From the human T2T-CHM13v2.0 reference genome, Homo sapiens: 64,000 nucleotides of DNA. Both the position numbers and the translations under genes were made by a program. Below, piece after piece: positions 13,961 through 30,262 of the stretch; the stretch's first letter is position 1, and each line of letters begins with the position of its first letter. The stretch lies in NCBI RefSeq assembly GCF_009914755.1, contig NC_060931.1; one strand, written 5' to 3'. The notes below the pieces were generated by a model. The model did no database searches. It was not told the origin of the DNA and worked only from the letters and a program-made list of their open reading frames with translations.

Positions 13961-14499
13961 ATAATGGGAATAAAGGAGAAAATAACCTAAAGAAATTACC
14001 TTCTTGACTATCTAAAATAGGCATACAAAAATACTGTAATTTAATTATTTAAGTTTTTTTCTACATGGATTTGGTGTAATAATTCTGAGATTTTGCATAT
14101 TTGAGGATTAAGCAAATTAATACATATGTTTTAATGATGAAATTAAAAGTTATTATCATTGAAGAATGGAGTTGCACATAAATAAAAGCGAAGGCCCTAA
14201 GGTATTGGTTTGCCCATGACCAGTAACAGTAAGCACTTACAATTTTCTATGTCAATGACACTGTAGGAAAAAAGAGCACAGCTATTTTCTTGATGTTGGT
14301 TTCTAAATATAGGCTCAAGTAAAAGAAAACAAGGCTACTTACCAAAATGGGTGATTCCAAGACTGGGGCAAGGGAAGCACAAGTCTGGAATATCCTGTTG
14401 TACAAAAGAAGTAGAGAGGGGTCAAAATAAAAAAGGGGCAGTTCCAACAAACAAAACATCATTTTGGTGAGATTCATATAGGTTTGTACTTGTAGTTAT

Positions 14500-14850
14500 A
14501 CTTCATACTCATTAGTGCATTTGTTCCCATTGTATGAATACACCAAAATGTATTTCATGCATTCTCTGTTGATGGGCATTTGAATAGTTTCCAGTTTGGG
14601 TCTATTAAAATTATGTTGCTATGAACATTTTGTACATGTCTTTTGATAAACATGCATACATTTCTGTTTTGTTCATATTTATAAGAAGGAATGCTAGGTC
14701 AGAGGGAATAAGTATATTCTGTTTTGACAGGTACAAGTAATCAATTTTCTAAAGAAGTTTTACCCATTTACTTTCCTAAGAGCAGTGTATGAATTCTAAC
14801 TGCTCTATATTCTATCCAAACCTCACACTTTTCTGCCTTTTTATGTTACC
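14500..14850 (-). mobile_element. Ancient L1M 3'-region fragment
   Basis: GTTGATGGGCATTTGAATAGTTTCCAGTTTGGG...GCTATGAACATTTTGTACATGTCTTTTG is typical of antisense L1M. Confidence 0.7.
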
Positions 14851-15024
14851 TATTCGGATTTTTAAAGAAGTCAGTAAATTGAGATAGATTATCTCAAGTA
14901 ATGACTGTTAATTGGCAGCTGACCTCAGCATAATTATACTCTGAAAGTCAAGAGATAGTAGAAAATTTATCTTTAAAAAGATCTTCCAGCTTCTGTTCCA
15001 GACTTCTTATAGCCTATCATCAGC

Positions 15025-15950
15025 ATAACCAGAATGATTTTATCAAAGCATTGTCAGATCATGTAACTTCCCACTTCAAAACTGTCCAATAGTTTTCTAT
15101 CTTATTCTAAATAAAGGAAACGACCCACCCCACAAATTCTTAATATAATGAGATCTTCATGAATTAGCACCCTTTTATAATTCTGACCTTTCCACCTCCT
15201 TATATGGCCCCAGCCACCTAGACCTTTTCTCTGTTCTTTGACCACACACCAAGCATTCTCCTATCTCATGTTCTTTGCAGTCTGTTTCTTAACATGAAAA
15301 ACATTTTCCCCAGATGTTCACATGGCTTCTTCATCAGGTCTTCTCTAAAACTTATGAAACATCAATCTTCCTATCACTTTCTACCTTTTTTTTTTTTTTT
15401 TGGAAATAGAGTGTTACTCTTGTCACCCAGGCTACAGTACAGTGATGTGATTAGCGCTCACACCAGCCTCAATTTTCGGGGCCCAGAGCACAAAAACGCA
15501 GGTCCAATTTTTAAAAATTAAAAAAAAAAATTTAAGTCTTCTGGACTCAAGCAATCCTCCCGCCTCAGCCTCCCAATTTGCTGGGGCCACAGGCACATGC
15601 CATCCCATCTGGCTAATTTTTAGAAAACTTTTGTAGAGACAGGGTCACCTTATGTTGCCCAAGCTGATCTCCAACTGCTGGGCTCAAGCAGTCCTCCTGC
15701 CTACACCTCACAGAGTACTGGGATTACAGGCATGAGTCACCAGGCCCAGCTACTTTCTATCTTTGTTGTATTATTCTGTTCCTTAGAATGTATCTCCATG
15801 TAACATCTTAACTTTACTTCTTGATATTATGTGTCTGTCTCCCTTTATTAGTCCATTAAGCAACGCTTTTTTTTCAGGTTTTAAAACACACTACTGTATA
15901 GCCATGGGTTAGAACAACAACCAGCACATAAAAAATCGTGAATAAATTAA
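15025..15950 (+). mobile_element. L2 LINE 3' portion, interrupted by an AluJ
   Basis: CAGATCATGTAACTTCCCACTTCAAAAC at the start and TAGAACAACAACCAGCACATA..AATAAAT at the end resemble the L2 3' region. Confidence 0.6.
15386..15751 (-). mobile_element. AluJ with a ~65-bp non-Alu insertion
   Basis: Poly-T head, J-type CTCAAGCAATCCTCC motifs, TSD about ACTTTCTA(C/T)C, foreign insert at 15471-15535. Confidence 0.9.
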
Positions 15951-16889
15951 CACATTAATAAGTTAATAAAACCTAACAAAACATTGGTCTTCAATATTTT
16001 GATATTATTTGTATAGTTTTACTTTTTCTTTGGACTTACACTGCTTTGCTTTCATATTAATTTTTGGCTTGATTAATTTCATAAGTTTTGGAAATTTTTC
16101 AGCTTGCATTTATTAAAACATAAATTTTTCTTTTTCTCTTTATTTCCTTCTGGAACTATAGTGACACATAGTTTAAACTTTTATGCCATATTCCTATGTC
16201 TCTTTCATGTTTTTCTCTGATTTTTATTTCTGTAATTTCTCTGTATTTCTATCTTGACATTTTCTATTTCTTAGTCTTAAAATTTAGGAATCTTCTGTTA
16301 TCTCTTAAACACCAACTTATATTCACTATATTTTTCATTTCTATGAAGTGTTTGCTTCCTGTTTTGTGGATTCAAATTATCACATGAAATTAACTTCTTA
16401 TCCATTTTATTAAAATTGTTAGTTCCATTTAAATCACCTTTGGAAAATTCCAGTCATTTGATCACTTGTGGATTTGCTGTTTTATTAATGTTCTTGATTT
16501 TTGTCATTTGGTCCTTATTTCCTCTTAATTCTGATAATTGTTTTAATTTCACATGCATGAATAATACCAAAGACCCTAGATAATATTTTTTTCTCCCTAG
16601 TGGTTTAATTTTTTTTCCTACAGGCAGATGAAGTTTGGGAAGATTATCTTATCCCAGATCAGGTATGCCATTTTTTATAATCCTAGAGTTTATCACTTTT
16701 GAAGTGAAACTCAAATAACTTGAATTCTTACTGTAGTTCTTCATTCTTGTCATGCTGGGATATCAGTTTGTCTTCCAGCAGCACTTAATATTCTAGAAAA
16801 AGTGGTTATTGTTATGGTCATTTTGGAATCTGTTTTATGCTTTCTGAGCCTCTCACCCAATACATGAGCTCTTTAACAGTTGGTAAATA

Positions 16890-17252
<363 letters not shown>

Positions 17253-17656
17253 TTACTCAATTTTCTTTTCCCAATAATGATACTTTTGTAGTCCCTGAAG
17301 TCCTTGTTTTCCTCTGGTTTATTTAAATACATTTTTTAAAACTTTATTTAACTGCTTCTAGTTCATGCCAGGATAGTTAGTTTAAAACAAGTTAGGATAT
17401 TCTTGCTAAATGTAAAAATTTCTCTGAAGATACATTTTGGATTAAAATATGCAGGTATTTCAAATAAAAGAAAGCTGTGGTCTGAAAAATGAGAAAAAAA
17501 ATTCTCCTTTCATTTCTAGGCGAAGAAATATTAATGATAAACCCAAACACCCTTCTTTCATTGACAGATTTTTAAATTTAATAGCAGAGAAGGTACCGAT
17601 ACCCAATAAGTATCATGGAAATTTAAAGTCCTTTTTTTTAAACATAAAGTTGATAA

Positions 17657-18019
<363 letters not shown>

Positions 18020-18155
18020 TAGTGATATATAGCCTCCCAAATACTGGGATATCTATATATCTTTACAGTGAGTAGAACAGAATATTTCTAAAAAGAAAAC
18101 AAAACAATCACAACAAAAATATTTCTCTGTATGAAAAAAGGTAAAACAAAAAGGA

Positions 18156-18255
18156 AGACTGGCTACATAATTTTCAGAGCCCAGAGCACAAAAATGCAGA
18201 TCCAATTTTAAAAACTAAGAATTGCAAAATACCTATAGCAGAATATTAAACATGT
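18156..18255 (-). mobile_element. MER45A-like hAT DNA transposon fragment
   Basis: CTGGCTACATAATTTTCAGAGCCCAG...AAGAATT..AGCAGAATATTAAAC matches a MER45A end. Confidence 0.65.
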
Positions 18256-18849
18256 TTTAGAGACTAGTAAATATTCTTCCTTTATTTCTAAAACTTATAA
18301 ATAGAAAATGATTCAAACATTTACCTCATTGTAATGTTCTAAATGATTTGTATGGTGCACAATATGTATACATGCAGTAACACATTATCCACTGGGGAAA
18401 ACATTCTATACAATAACAATACGTACATGAAGCACTTATTCTTTTAAAAGGATATATGTTAGCTGTGTAGAAAAATAACTTACACTGCTCTTGATATAGC
18501 AAAAAATGTGTTTTCTATAGTAAATATAATATATATCTTCTTGAGAGCTCTTCTGAGAGCTGCCATTTATGCACATGGAGCCATTGTTTTCATTCTACTA
18601 TTAATACTTTATTTTGAGCCCAAACATTCACCAATGTTATCACTTCTTTTTCATATCATGATACAGTTTCTTGGTAAAAATTAAGTTAAATGTAAAATCA
18701 TACAGTGGAACATTATGACTCCTCCAATTTGAAATAAATTTGACAAAACTAGGTATCAACTATTGCTTAATAATTTAAAAATAGCTGATTACTTAACATT
18801 CTTCCCATTAATCATGCTCTCTCATACTTTTGAAACTGGTTTTTCTATT

Positions 18850-19270
18850 CCTTTCGCTTGGAATGCTTTTATCATCCTCATCTAACTCTCAATTCCTTGG
18901 CTATATTTCAGATTTGGTTTAGACATAAATTCATAAAGTTGGAACTTGCTGGCTGCATTCTGGCTGACTCTCTAGTTCCATAGCACCTGACCGATCATTG
19001 ATGGGCCATTGGATATAGAATACTAGAATAATGTGTCTTGTATTACCAGTACATCTGTTCCTCATGGCAGATCCCTGCTTTTGTAATCTTTGTATTCCTA
19101 GCATATAGTAGGTGTTCAACAAATAGCAGTTTGACCAAACTGACATAAAATACACCAATTTTGTTTGTAATTTTATTCATCAAACATTTCTTGAATACCT
19201 AGCACTTTTCAAACAGTGGACAAATACCAGTGAGAAAGACAGATATGGTTACTGCCCTTACATAACTAAA
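18850..19270. mobile_element. Two L2 3'-end fragments facing tail-to-tail
   Basis: CCTAGCATATAGTAGGTGTTCAACAAATA on the plus strand and ATTCATCAAACATTTCTTGAATACCTA on the minus strand. Confidence 0.55.
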
Positions 19271-20436
19271 AATACCAGCAACAAAGATTAAAAATGAAAA
19301 ATAAATCTACTATGATCACAGCTATAAGGAGAGGACAGGGTATCAACAGGCGTGTAACAATGATCTTACGATTCCAAGATTACTTAGCATAAAATGATGT
19401 TGTTAAACAGATGTCTTTAGTATTTGTATTAAAAACATTATCAGAAAGATTGTGCAATGATCAATCTTGTTAAGCCTATTGTTTTATTCTTAGTGATGTT
19501 ATCCCCCTTTTCAATTTTAGACTTTATTTTAAATTTATATTATTAACCAGCTTTCCAATGAAACATCTTTACTTTATATCTGCTCTTTGACAATATTAAA
19601 ATGTATATGTTGATATGAACTGTGAAACATATTATCTTATTGTTAAGCCTTCTGTTTTAAGATGTAGATGTAATTTTAATGACATATATCAAATGATATA
19701 TAATTAACTGATTATATATCAAATGATTACAAAGAAGCTTTGTTAGAGAACTCCATTCCAATGTTAGTATAAAGTAGAATCACATGAAGTTATAAGTGAC
19801 ATAGACTCTAAGATTATCTTGTCCAGTACTATAATATTTATATCTCTATTTACATACCTATAGATGAAATATTTATTTTCAAATCTGACTTTACTTAACA
19901 CACATATTATAAGTGTGCTCATTTTTACTACTTGGGCATAATTTATATTAAAAATTGAACAATTTATTGTCATCCTCATAAGTAAAAGGAGCATACACTG
20001 TCTTGACTACCAACGATCTCGAAATAGAAATAGCACCTTGGCGGACATGTTAAATGGAAAATAGTGCTTTTTTGTTTCCTATACTTACTATTCTTTGTCA
20101 TCTTATATTATCCAAACCTGAGATGCCTAGACATGAGTAATTTTAGTAACTCAATCTCACTTATTTTGGAGAAGCTGCTATTCAGCTTTGGAAAATTAAC
20201 TTTTGTTCATCAGCCATATTGCTTGAGAAGGAGACAAGTTTTCGATCTTCATGAAGAAAATATTTGGACACATCCTATGCATTATTAGCTTCCAAGTACA
20301 AGGTTGTTAACTAGTTACAAATTATAGTGAAGCAAAGTCATCCAAAAAAAGGAAGAAAATTCTAATTTTGAGCTATAATAAGATGATCCACATGAGTTGG
20401 GCTACCTTCTGTGCAAACCTATAAGTGTTCTCCATG

Positions 20437-20584
20437 AGTTAGTAGTTAACTAATTAACTATTAGTAGTTAGTAGTTAACTAATTAACTATTAGTAGTTAA
20501 TAGTTATGATACTAGTTATTAGTAGTTACTAGTTAGTATTACTAACTAGTACTAGTAACTACTATTAGTTACTAGTTAACTAAC
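20437..20584. repeat. Low-complexity TAG/AACT mosaic with a 29-bp tandem duplication and nested palindromes
   Basis: 20441-20469 equals 20470-20498. Hairpin 20527-20538 / 20540-20551; outer inverted repeat 20520-20533 / 20551-20564. Confidence 0.85.
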
Positions 20585-21407
20585 CAGTGAGTTGTGGCCT
20601 TGGGATAACTTTAAAGTCTTCAAATTCTAATACTTAAGTTTATTTCACATGTGGACTTCTGAGTTGTTTATTTTTCAGTAGATACTATGAACAACTTATT
20701 TATTACTTTTTCCTAGGTTTCTTAAAAGACTGAGACCCCAGATGAATAATTTAACTTTCCCTACCCATTGGAGAAGGTAGAAAACTACCCAACGTGTGTA
20801 GTCCGGCCTTTGATCCTGGAACACTAGGACACAATTAGTTTAGAAAAATAAATATATTCCAAATAAGCTAAGATTATTTCTTCTTGAGAGCAAAGGAATA
20901 ATATAGCAAGTTAGCTTTTCTATATTAATTTAAAAGCCTACATGGGCATGGATATTAAATGACATGTCTCTGTTAAAATTGTAAATACGTGGCAAAAATC
21001 TTCTTAGCAGTGATAAAACATAGAAATACTTCAGTTTTTAACCTCAAAAGATATTACTTACATGTGAATATATTAGTCCCTGTACCATATCTGAGCTATA
21101 AAGAGTGTCAAATAATGTCTTCTATAAATAAAATAGAACCAATTTAAAAAAAGCTAAAAAAGTAAACTATAAAACATCTTGTTCTAAATTATTTTAAATA
21201 TTTAAAACCTCTAGTAGAAACTATTATTAATATCAATTTTGCTTTTCGTCTCCAAAGACACAAAAAATAAAAATCACAGAAAAACAAACTTGAAAAAAAG
21301 TTCAGATTTCCAGCAAATAAAATTAATACTTCAGATATTCTCCCAGAGATTTATACTTGTATTTTCTTTCTAAGCATATCTTTGGTTGAAATCAACGCTT
21401 ACATATA

Positions 21408-22015
<608 letters not shown>

Positions 22016-22457
22016 GAAAATGGTCATAATTTTAATGCAAAAAAATATGTTTGAATACATTGGTTAGTGAATTGCTGGTCAGCATGTATAGTCGAGAAAA
22101 TTATCCTCGGCTGATTCATTATAAATACTGCAGGAAATAAAACCAATGAAAGTCTTTTTTGGTTAATTGGTATCAATTGCCCTTGTATGGATTTATGTAG
22201 ATGAAACCATTTAGTGTTTGTAGCGTGCATTGATAATCCTGAACAAATTATTTGTATCTAATACTGTTGTAGTGTGGGCTAAGCTTTGCTAAGTACCCAC
22301 TAAGAAATTGAGACCAATAAAATGCAATGAAGAAATGAGCACTACCTATTATATTAATGTGGAAATTACTCAAATTTGATTACAAGTGGAACATTTGAGA
22401 AAACTGCTATTTAAAGTTCCCTATTAAAAATTACATTTGTCTATTTTAAAATTTTGA

Positions 22458-22758
22458 GGCCGGGCACGGTGGCTAACGTCTGTAATCCCAGCACTTTGAG
22501 AGGCCGAGGCGGGCGGATCACGAGGTCAGGAGATCGAGCCCATCCTGGCTAACACGGTGAAACGCCGTCTCTATTAAAAATACAAAAAATTACCCGGGCA
22601 TGGTGGCGGGCGCCTGTAGTCGAAGATACTCAGGAGCCTGAGGCAGGACAATGGCGTGAACCTGGGAGGCGGAGCTTGCAGTGAGCCGAGATCGTGCCAC
22701 CGCACTCCAGCCTGGGAGACAGAGCGAGACGCTGTCTCAAAAAAAAAAAAAAAAAAAA
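22458..22758 (+). mobile_element. AluY
   Basis: CTGGCTAACACGGTG, ATGGCGTGAACC and GGAGCTTGCAG diagnostics; poly-A tail. Confidence 0.95.
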
Positions 22759-24489
22759 TTGAAATTCACAGAGGAAAGCTATTGTATTATGGTTAAAAAT
22801 AAGTTATTGCCTATATTTTAGATATATTAGTAATAACAGTCTCATATTAAAATACCAAAAAAGATGGATGTGTATCATGAATTAATTTGCTTTTGTAATA
22901 ATTAAAATACAGCAATGTGTATATGCATAGTAGAAAATAAAACAGTACTAAAGTAACCATAGTTCAATGGAATAGTTTCACCTCTGCCCAGGGCCAAATC
23001 CCAGAAAACTTTTTTATTACCTCCAAATTATTAAATAGTATGCTCTATGGGTCTTTAAATTTATCATCATTAGAAATTATCTCCTGACTTATTGTTATAA
23101 CAGCTGAGACTCTGGATCATATTCATCTTCCCTTATTTCTTTCTACTAATTCTTCAACCTCCATTTTTTGTACTGTTTCAGATCCTCTCTTGATTTGACT
23201 CTCAGATGTTAATTTCCCTTCCCACCGTTCTTTTTCTGAGAGTTATAGCTTTGCCTTTATGTTGTCTAGGTTAATAAAATTTATATGGGTGAATAATGAA
23301 GTTTTTAAACAAGGCGGAAACGAATAAATGACTTGTAACCAAGCCACTTGCATAGCCAGTAGTATGCGGATGGCGAACTTCCTTCCCTGTTGGTTCAATT
23401 TCGTATCTCTGACCTACTGAAGAATGTAATCTACATCTTGTTGAAATTGATTATATTTTCTTACACTTCAGCTAAAAAGTATGGTTTGCTATGGTTGTTA
23501 TATATTAGGATCAGGTTTGGTTTATTTTCCCAGAATTTCAAATCTTTGCTTTGTTCTTATTGAGTGAAGTAATGTGAGCTTCTTTAGTATAGCCTTATTC
23601 TATTCCATATATTCCTTTTTATCCAATATGGTTTTTTCTTCCAGATTTGTTTTTAGAGGTCACTCAACTTAGGCTCTAATTTGGACCTCTTTTTTAAGTT
23701 CTGCTTCTTTGCTCATATAGCAAGTTGCCATTTCATTCTCCTGGAATGCCAGATGAATTTCACTATTGCTGGTATAGCCATCATTTGTTTTTACTTTTAA
23801 CTCCTCTTTTCCTTGTTTATATGTAAAAACAAAACTTTCCAAAAAATGAAGGTAATAATAAAGAAAAAGGAAGGAAAGAAGGAGGACAGAAGTGAAGAGA
23901 AGGAGGGAGGAAGGAGGAAAAATATAGAAAACGTGGAAGGGAAATGAGGAAGATATAAATTGGGAGGTAAAATTTTTCTGAGTCGAATGATTCTATAGTT
24001 ACAGAATCCTAGCTTCCCAATCATATTTTATAATCAAAGAATTGAATATATTTTACATTTTTTGTATATTCTACCATGATTGATGAAAATCTGATGTGAT
24101 TGACTTATATTTTCACTCTGGAAACAGTGTTCTGCAAATTCGAAGTCATGTATCCAGGTATAGTCTTATTTATTTGTATTTTCCACCTTTTCAAAAGGGG
24201 ACTTAGCAGACCCTTCCCATTTTGATATTTTTTTCTTTATTTTAAGCTTTTATAAGTTAATTCTCTTCCAACAGTAGTTATTTACTCTTCTCCATATTTT
24301 TTCCTATTCTCTCCTATCAAATTCTGTAATTCATATATTGACACTATTGGAATGTTACATTATGCCTCTTTTCTCTCAAAATCAACTTTTTAAAGTTTTT
24401 ATTTAACTCTAAATAAGAAGATTTTCTTTCCTTAATTTCTAATCTTTAGGGTTTTTTTCTTTTCCCTAATAAATACTTGATTTTATTTA

Positions 24490-24650
24490 TATTATTGTTG
24501 TTGTTTAGGGACAGGGTCTCACCCTGTTGCGTAGACTTGTGGTACAATGGCACCATCATAAGCTCACTGCAGCCTTGAAATCCCAGGCTCAGTTGATCCT
24601 CCTGACTCGGACTCCCAAACATTTAAGAATACAGGTATGCACCTGGCTAT
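24490..24650 (-). mobile_element. Old monomeric Alu (FLAM/FRAM or AluJ arm)
   Basis: GACAGGGTCTCACCCTGTTG...GCTCACTGCAGCCTTGAAATCCCAGGCTCA. Confidence 0.75.
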
Positions 24651-25899
24651 ACATGCTTAGTTTTAAGTCACTTTTGCCTTCTCCTCTCCACCTACTCCTC
24701 ATCTTTTTTTTTTCTCTCATTTTTTATAACATCATGTTCTGGCTTTATGTAATCAACACGTTCTTGAATCTTTCTGAAAATATAAATTTAAGATGTTTAA
24801 ATTTTTGTTTGAGGCCTTTAATTCTCTCTTCATTCTTTTTATTGCTCTTTATTCTTTTTGACTTTCCTTTTTTTGCTCTGCTGCTGATTTTTATCATATG
24901 TATAACAATCAGTATAGATATCCCCATTTAAATGTATGGACAGGGACATTTTCTAGGTAGCTAGAATAGATTTCCCCTATTGTTGAAAGGAGGAGAACAC
25001 CATAGACATATGTAAGGATGCTGACTGACTCACTTCTTTTTAGGATGAATAAACCAAAATTCTGAATTTAAGCCAAGGGCCTCTCAAAGGTCAGAAGGCT
25101 TTAAACATTGGAGCCAGCATCTACCCTAGGATCTCTAATCCTTTTAGGAATTTTGATAAATCTTTCATGTGTCCTTTAGGTCTCCACTGATCCAGATAAA
25201 GCGTAAGGTACTTAAACTCCCTGTATAATCAAAAATGGCCAGATACAGGACAAGGGGTATAAATAGAGTGAAGTCAACTCTTCCAGTTGTTCCATATATG
25301 GCCAGTCTATTAACCACCCACACCCCTCGCCCTCTTCCTACAGTTTTATACCCCATCTGATTCTCCTGCAGACTCATATCCAGGTACCTTTTTGGTCCTG
25401 TTCTGACCTGTCTGCCAAAATTGGCTGCATTATTTTCTTTTGCCATTTTCTCCCTTACTTCATCAGTAGAAATGCGTCAACAATCTCTTTATTTTCTTAG
25501 ACATGGGTTAAATGTATTACTCAACCAGAGTTGCTCATTCCCAAACCACCCATGCATCCCTAGATTTCTTGGCTGGCACAAGTCCATTTGCTTACCCTCA
25601 TTGTAAATGGACCTTAGGAAGGATAAAAGACAGTGTATATTCTCAGAGCACTCTTTGATGATTATCTTTGTTCCTATTTTATGCACTCCTCTAGAGAAGT
25701 TACATTTTTCTATTTATTCCCTCCACAGCTATTCTTAAAATTAACAAAAAATACATGTTCTTACCTCCCATCAAAAATGTATCTAATTCCATTTTATAAT
25801 AAACTTCACTATTATAAAGTCATTGCTTATTTATATACAATGCAGTAATTTTCACTCTCTTTTTAAAAGTTATCATTAGCTCTGTCATCACTTCTTCCG

Positions 25900-26250
25900 A
25901 AATTCCTTTCCTTCCTTCTGGTTTTTGTTATTTTCATAATAGAAAATTGTTTATAATTCTGTCCACCACAGTCTGCAAGTAGTGAACTTTCTGATTTATT
26001 ATTTTGTCTAAAAATGTTCTTTTTATCTTAATTTTGAATGATATTTTAGCAGCATATGAATATCTAAGAGTGAGTTATTATCACTGAGCAAATGGAAAAT
26101 GTTTTCCAGTGTCTCTCTGTCGCAAATATAAATCCTTTCATTGGTCGAAATTTTATCGCATTTTTATAATGCCTGCATTTTCTCCCTGTTTTAAAATTCC
26201 TCTATCTTTTGATATTCTGCATTCTGCACTTTCTATTTTAAAATTCTTCT
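25900..26250 (-). mobile_element. Ancient L1M ORF1-region fragment (host of the L1PA insertion; resumes after 28508)
   Basis: TTGTCTAAAAATGTTC...TTTTGAATGATATTTTAGCAGCATATGAA is typical of antisense L1M ORF1. Confidence 0.55.
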
Positions 26251-26265
26251 TTGTTTTGATATTCT

Positions 26266-28521
<2,256 letters not shown>

Positions 28522-28554
28522 TCACTATAATGTGTACATATGTGAAGATCTATC

Positions 28555-28700
28555 TCTGTATATATCTAGCATTATATATATATATATATATATATATATA
28601 ATGTGTGTGTGGCTATATATACATATTATATATATATACATATACGTGTCTAAATATATACACATAACTTCATATATACATATATACAACTTTATATATA
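28555..28700. repeat. (TA)n-rich low-complexity tract
   Basis: TA runs with CA/TG interruptions. Confidence 0.85.
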
Positions 28701-29822
28701 AATTCCTTAAGCTTCTTCAGTTTGAGGATCAATATCTTTTAACAATTCAAGGAAATTATCAGCTATCTGTTCTAATATTGCTTCTTACAAGGCTCTCAAA
28801 TTTCTTATTCTTTAATTTCTATTATATTTATATTGTACCTTTCATCCTATATTAATATTTCTTAACCTCTTTTTTCCTATTTTTAATTTTCTTTTAACAT
28901 CTATTGTTTATGTTTATGTTAATGTATTAATAGCTATTATGTACTTACTTTTCAGAATTTATGAATAATTTCTTCAGTTTTAATGTGTTTTTGAAACACT
29001 TCTGCTAAAATTTTTACTTCTAGCAGCTCTGTTTTCATTTCTAGAGATTCTGCTGGATTTATTACAAATCACTTGGCAATTTTCATGGGGTTTTTTTTTT
29101 TATTTCATTTCTCCTTTTATACCTTAAATAACTTACCTCAATATTCTGAGAAATACTCTCTCAGATTTTTCAATTTCTTAAGTTCCAGGGATGCTATTCC
29201 TCCTTGGCTTTCTAGGCATATCTTCTGACTTAGTATCATTGTGGATTCTTTCATTATTATTATTATTATCATTACTATGGATGTGAACTAATCTTCAGTG
29301 GAAATTGCCTAATGTTTGGAAATAATGTGAGACCTGGATTGTGAAAAACAAAATAAACACGGTTTAACAGGTTTATTTTAATTTATTAATATCTTAGCTT
29401 GGTAATATAAATTCATACTCTAAATTTTAATAGCATGGATTAGAACGTTGATTTCTTTCACAAGAAAAAAATGTTCTTTCTTGTGTTTATATTCCCCTCT
29501 GAAGAACCTTGGCCCTAGGGGGAGATTAGCATCCTGGATGTCTTTATAGAGAGTGCATGGAGAGTTCTAGTCTCTTCCGCTTAGGGACAGCCTCGTGAGA
29601 GTCTGTGTAGGAGTCTCCCTTGCAGTTTCCTGCTATGTGCACAGGCAAGGCCTTGTTTATAATTTGCTGTTATTTTATCCAGTATTTTAGGATCTTATAG
29701 CAAAAACAAAATTTTGTATTAATTCGGTTCACCATGTTGCCACATTGCTCTGTATGGTAGCTAATAGCCTATTTAAACTTTATAAATCTGTTTATTATGT
29801 AAAGAAAAATGTGGTTGTAGAT

Positions 29823-30048
29823 CCTGGGTCAGCAAACATTTTTCTTTGAATGGTCAGATAGCAAATATTTTAGGCTTTGTGAATCACATGGTCTCTGTTT
29901 CAACTATTGAACTCAGCCATTATAGCATGTAAACAGACACAAACAATACACAAACAACTGAGTATGACTGTGTTCTAATAAAATTTCATCCATTAGAGGA
30001 GGTAGGTTAAATCTGGGCCATGGGCCATGGGCCATTGTGCTGAACTCT
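29823..30048 (+). mobile_element. MER58A-like hAT-Charlie DNA transposon
   Basis: GGGTCAGCAAAC...AATATTTTAGGCTTTGTG...GGTCTCTGTTTCAACTA...CTGTGTTCTAATAAAA. Confidence 0.8.
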
Positions 30049-30070
30049 GTTGAATCACAGATTCTTATTC

Positions 30071-30262
30071 GTTTTTTTTTGGTTTTTTTTTTTTTTTTTG
30101 ATTCATATTAGTGTTGGTGTCATTTGGTTGTCCTTCTATTTTTTAATTTTTTTATTTCAATAACTTTAGGGGTACAACTGGTTTTTGATTACATGGATGA
30201 ATTGTGTGATGGTATGAAGTCTGGGCTTTTATTGTACCCATCAGTTAGTGTTCATTGTGTAG
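30071..30262 (-). mobile_element. Very short old L1 (L1PB/late L1PA type) 3' end with a ~40-bp 3' extension
   Basis: TATTTCAATAACTTTAGGGGTACAA..TTACATGGATGAATTG L1 3' terminus; TSD ATCAC(A/T)GATTCTTATTC at 30054-30070 / 30263-30279. Confidence 0.75.

Noticed and set aside
26207-26233. Apparent 27-bp TSD matching 28497-28523
   Set aside because: Explained by the older 47-bp tandem duplication; the true TSD is 26249-26265.
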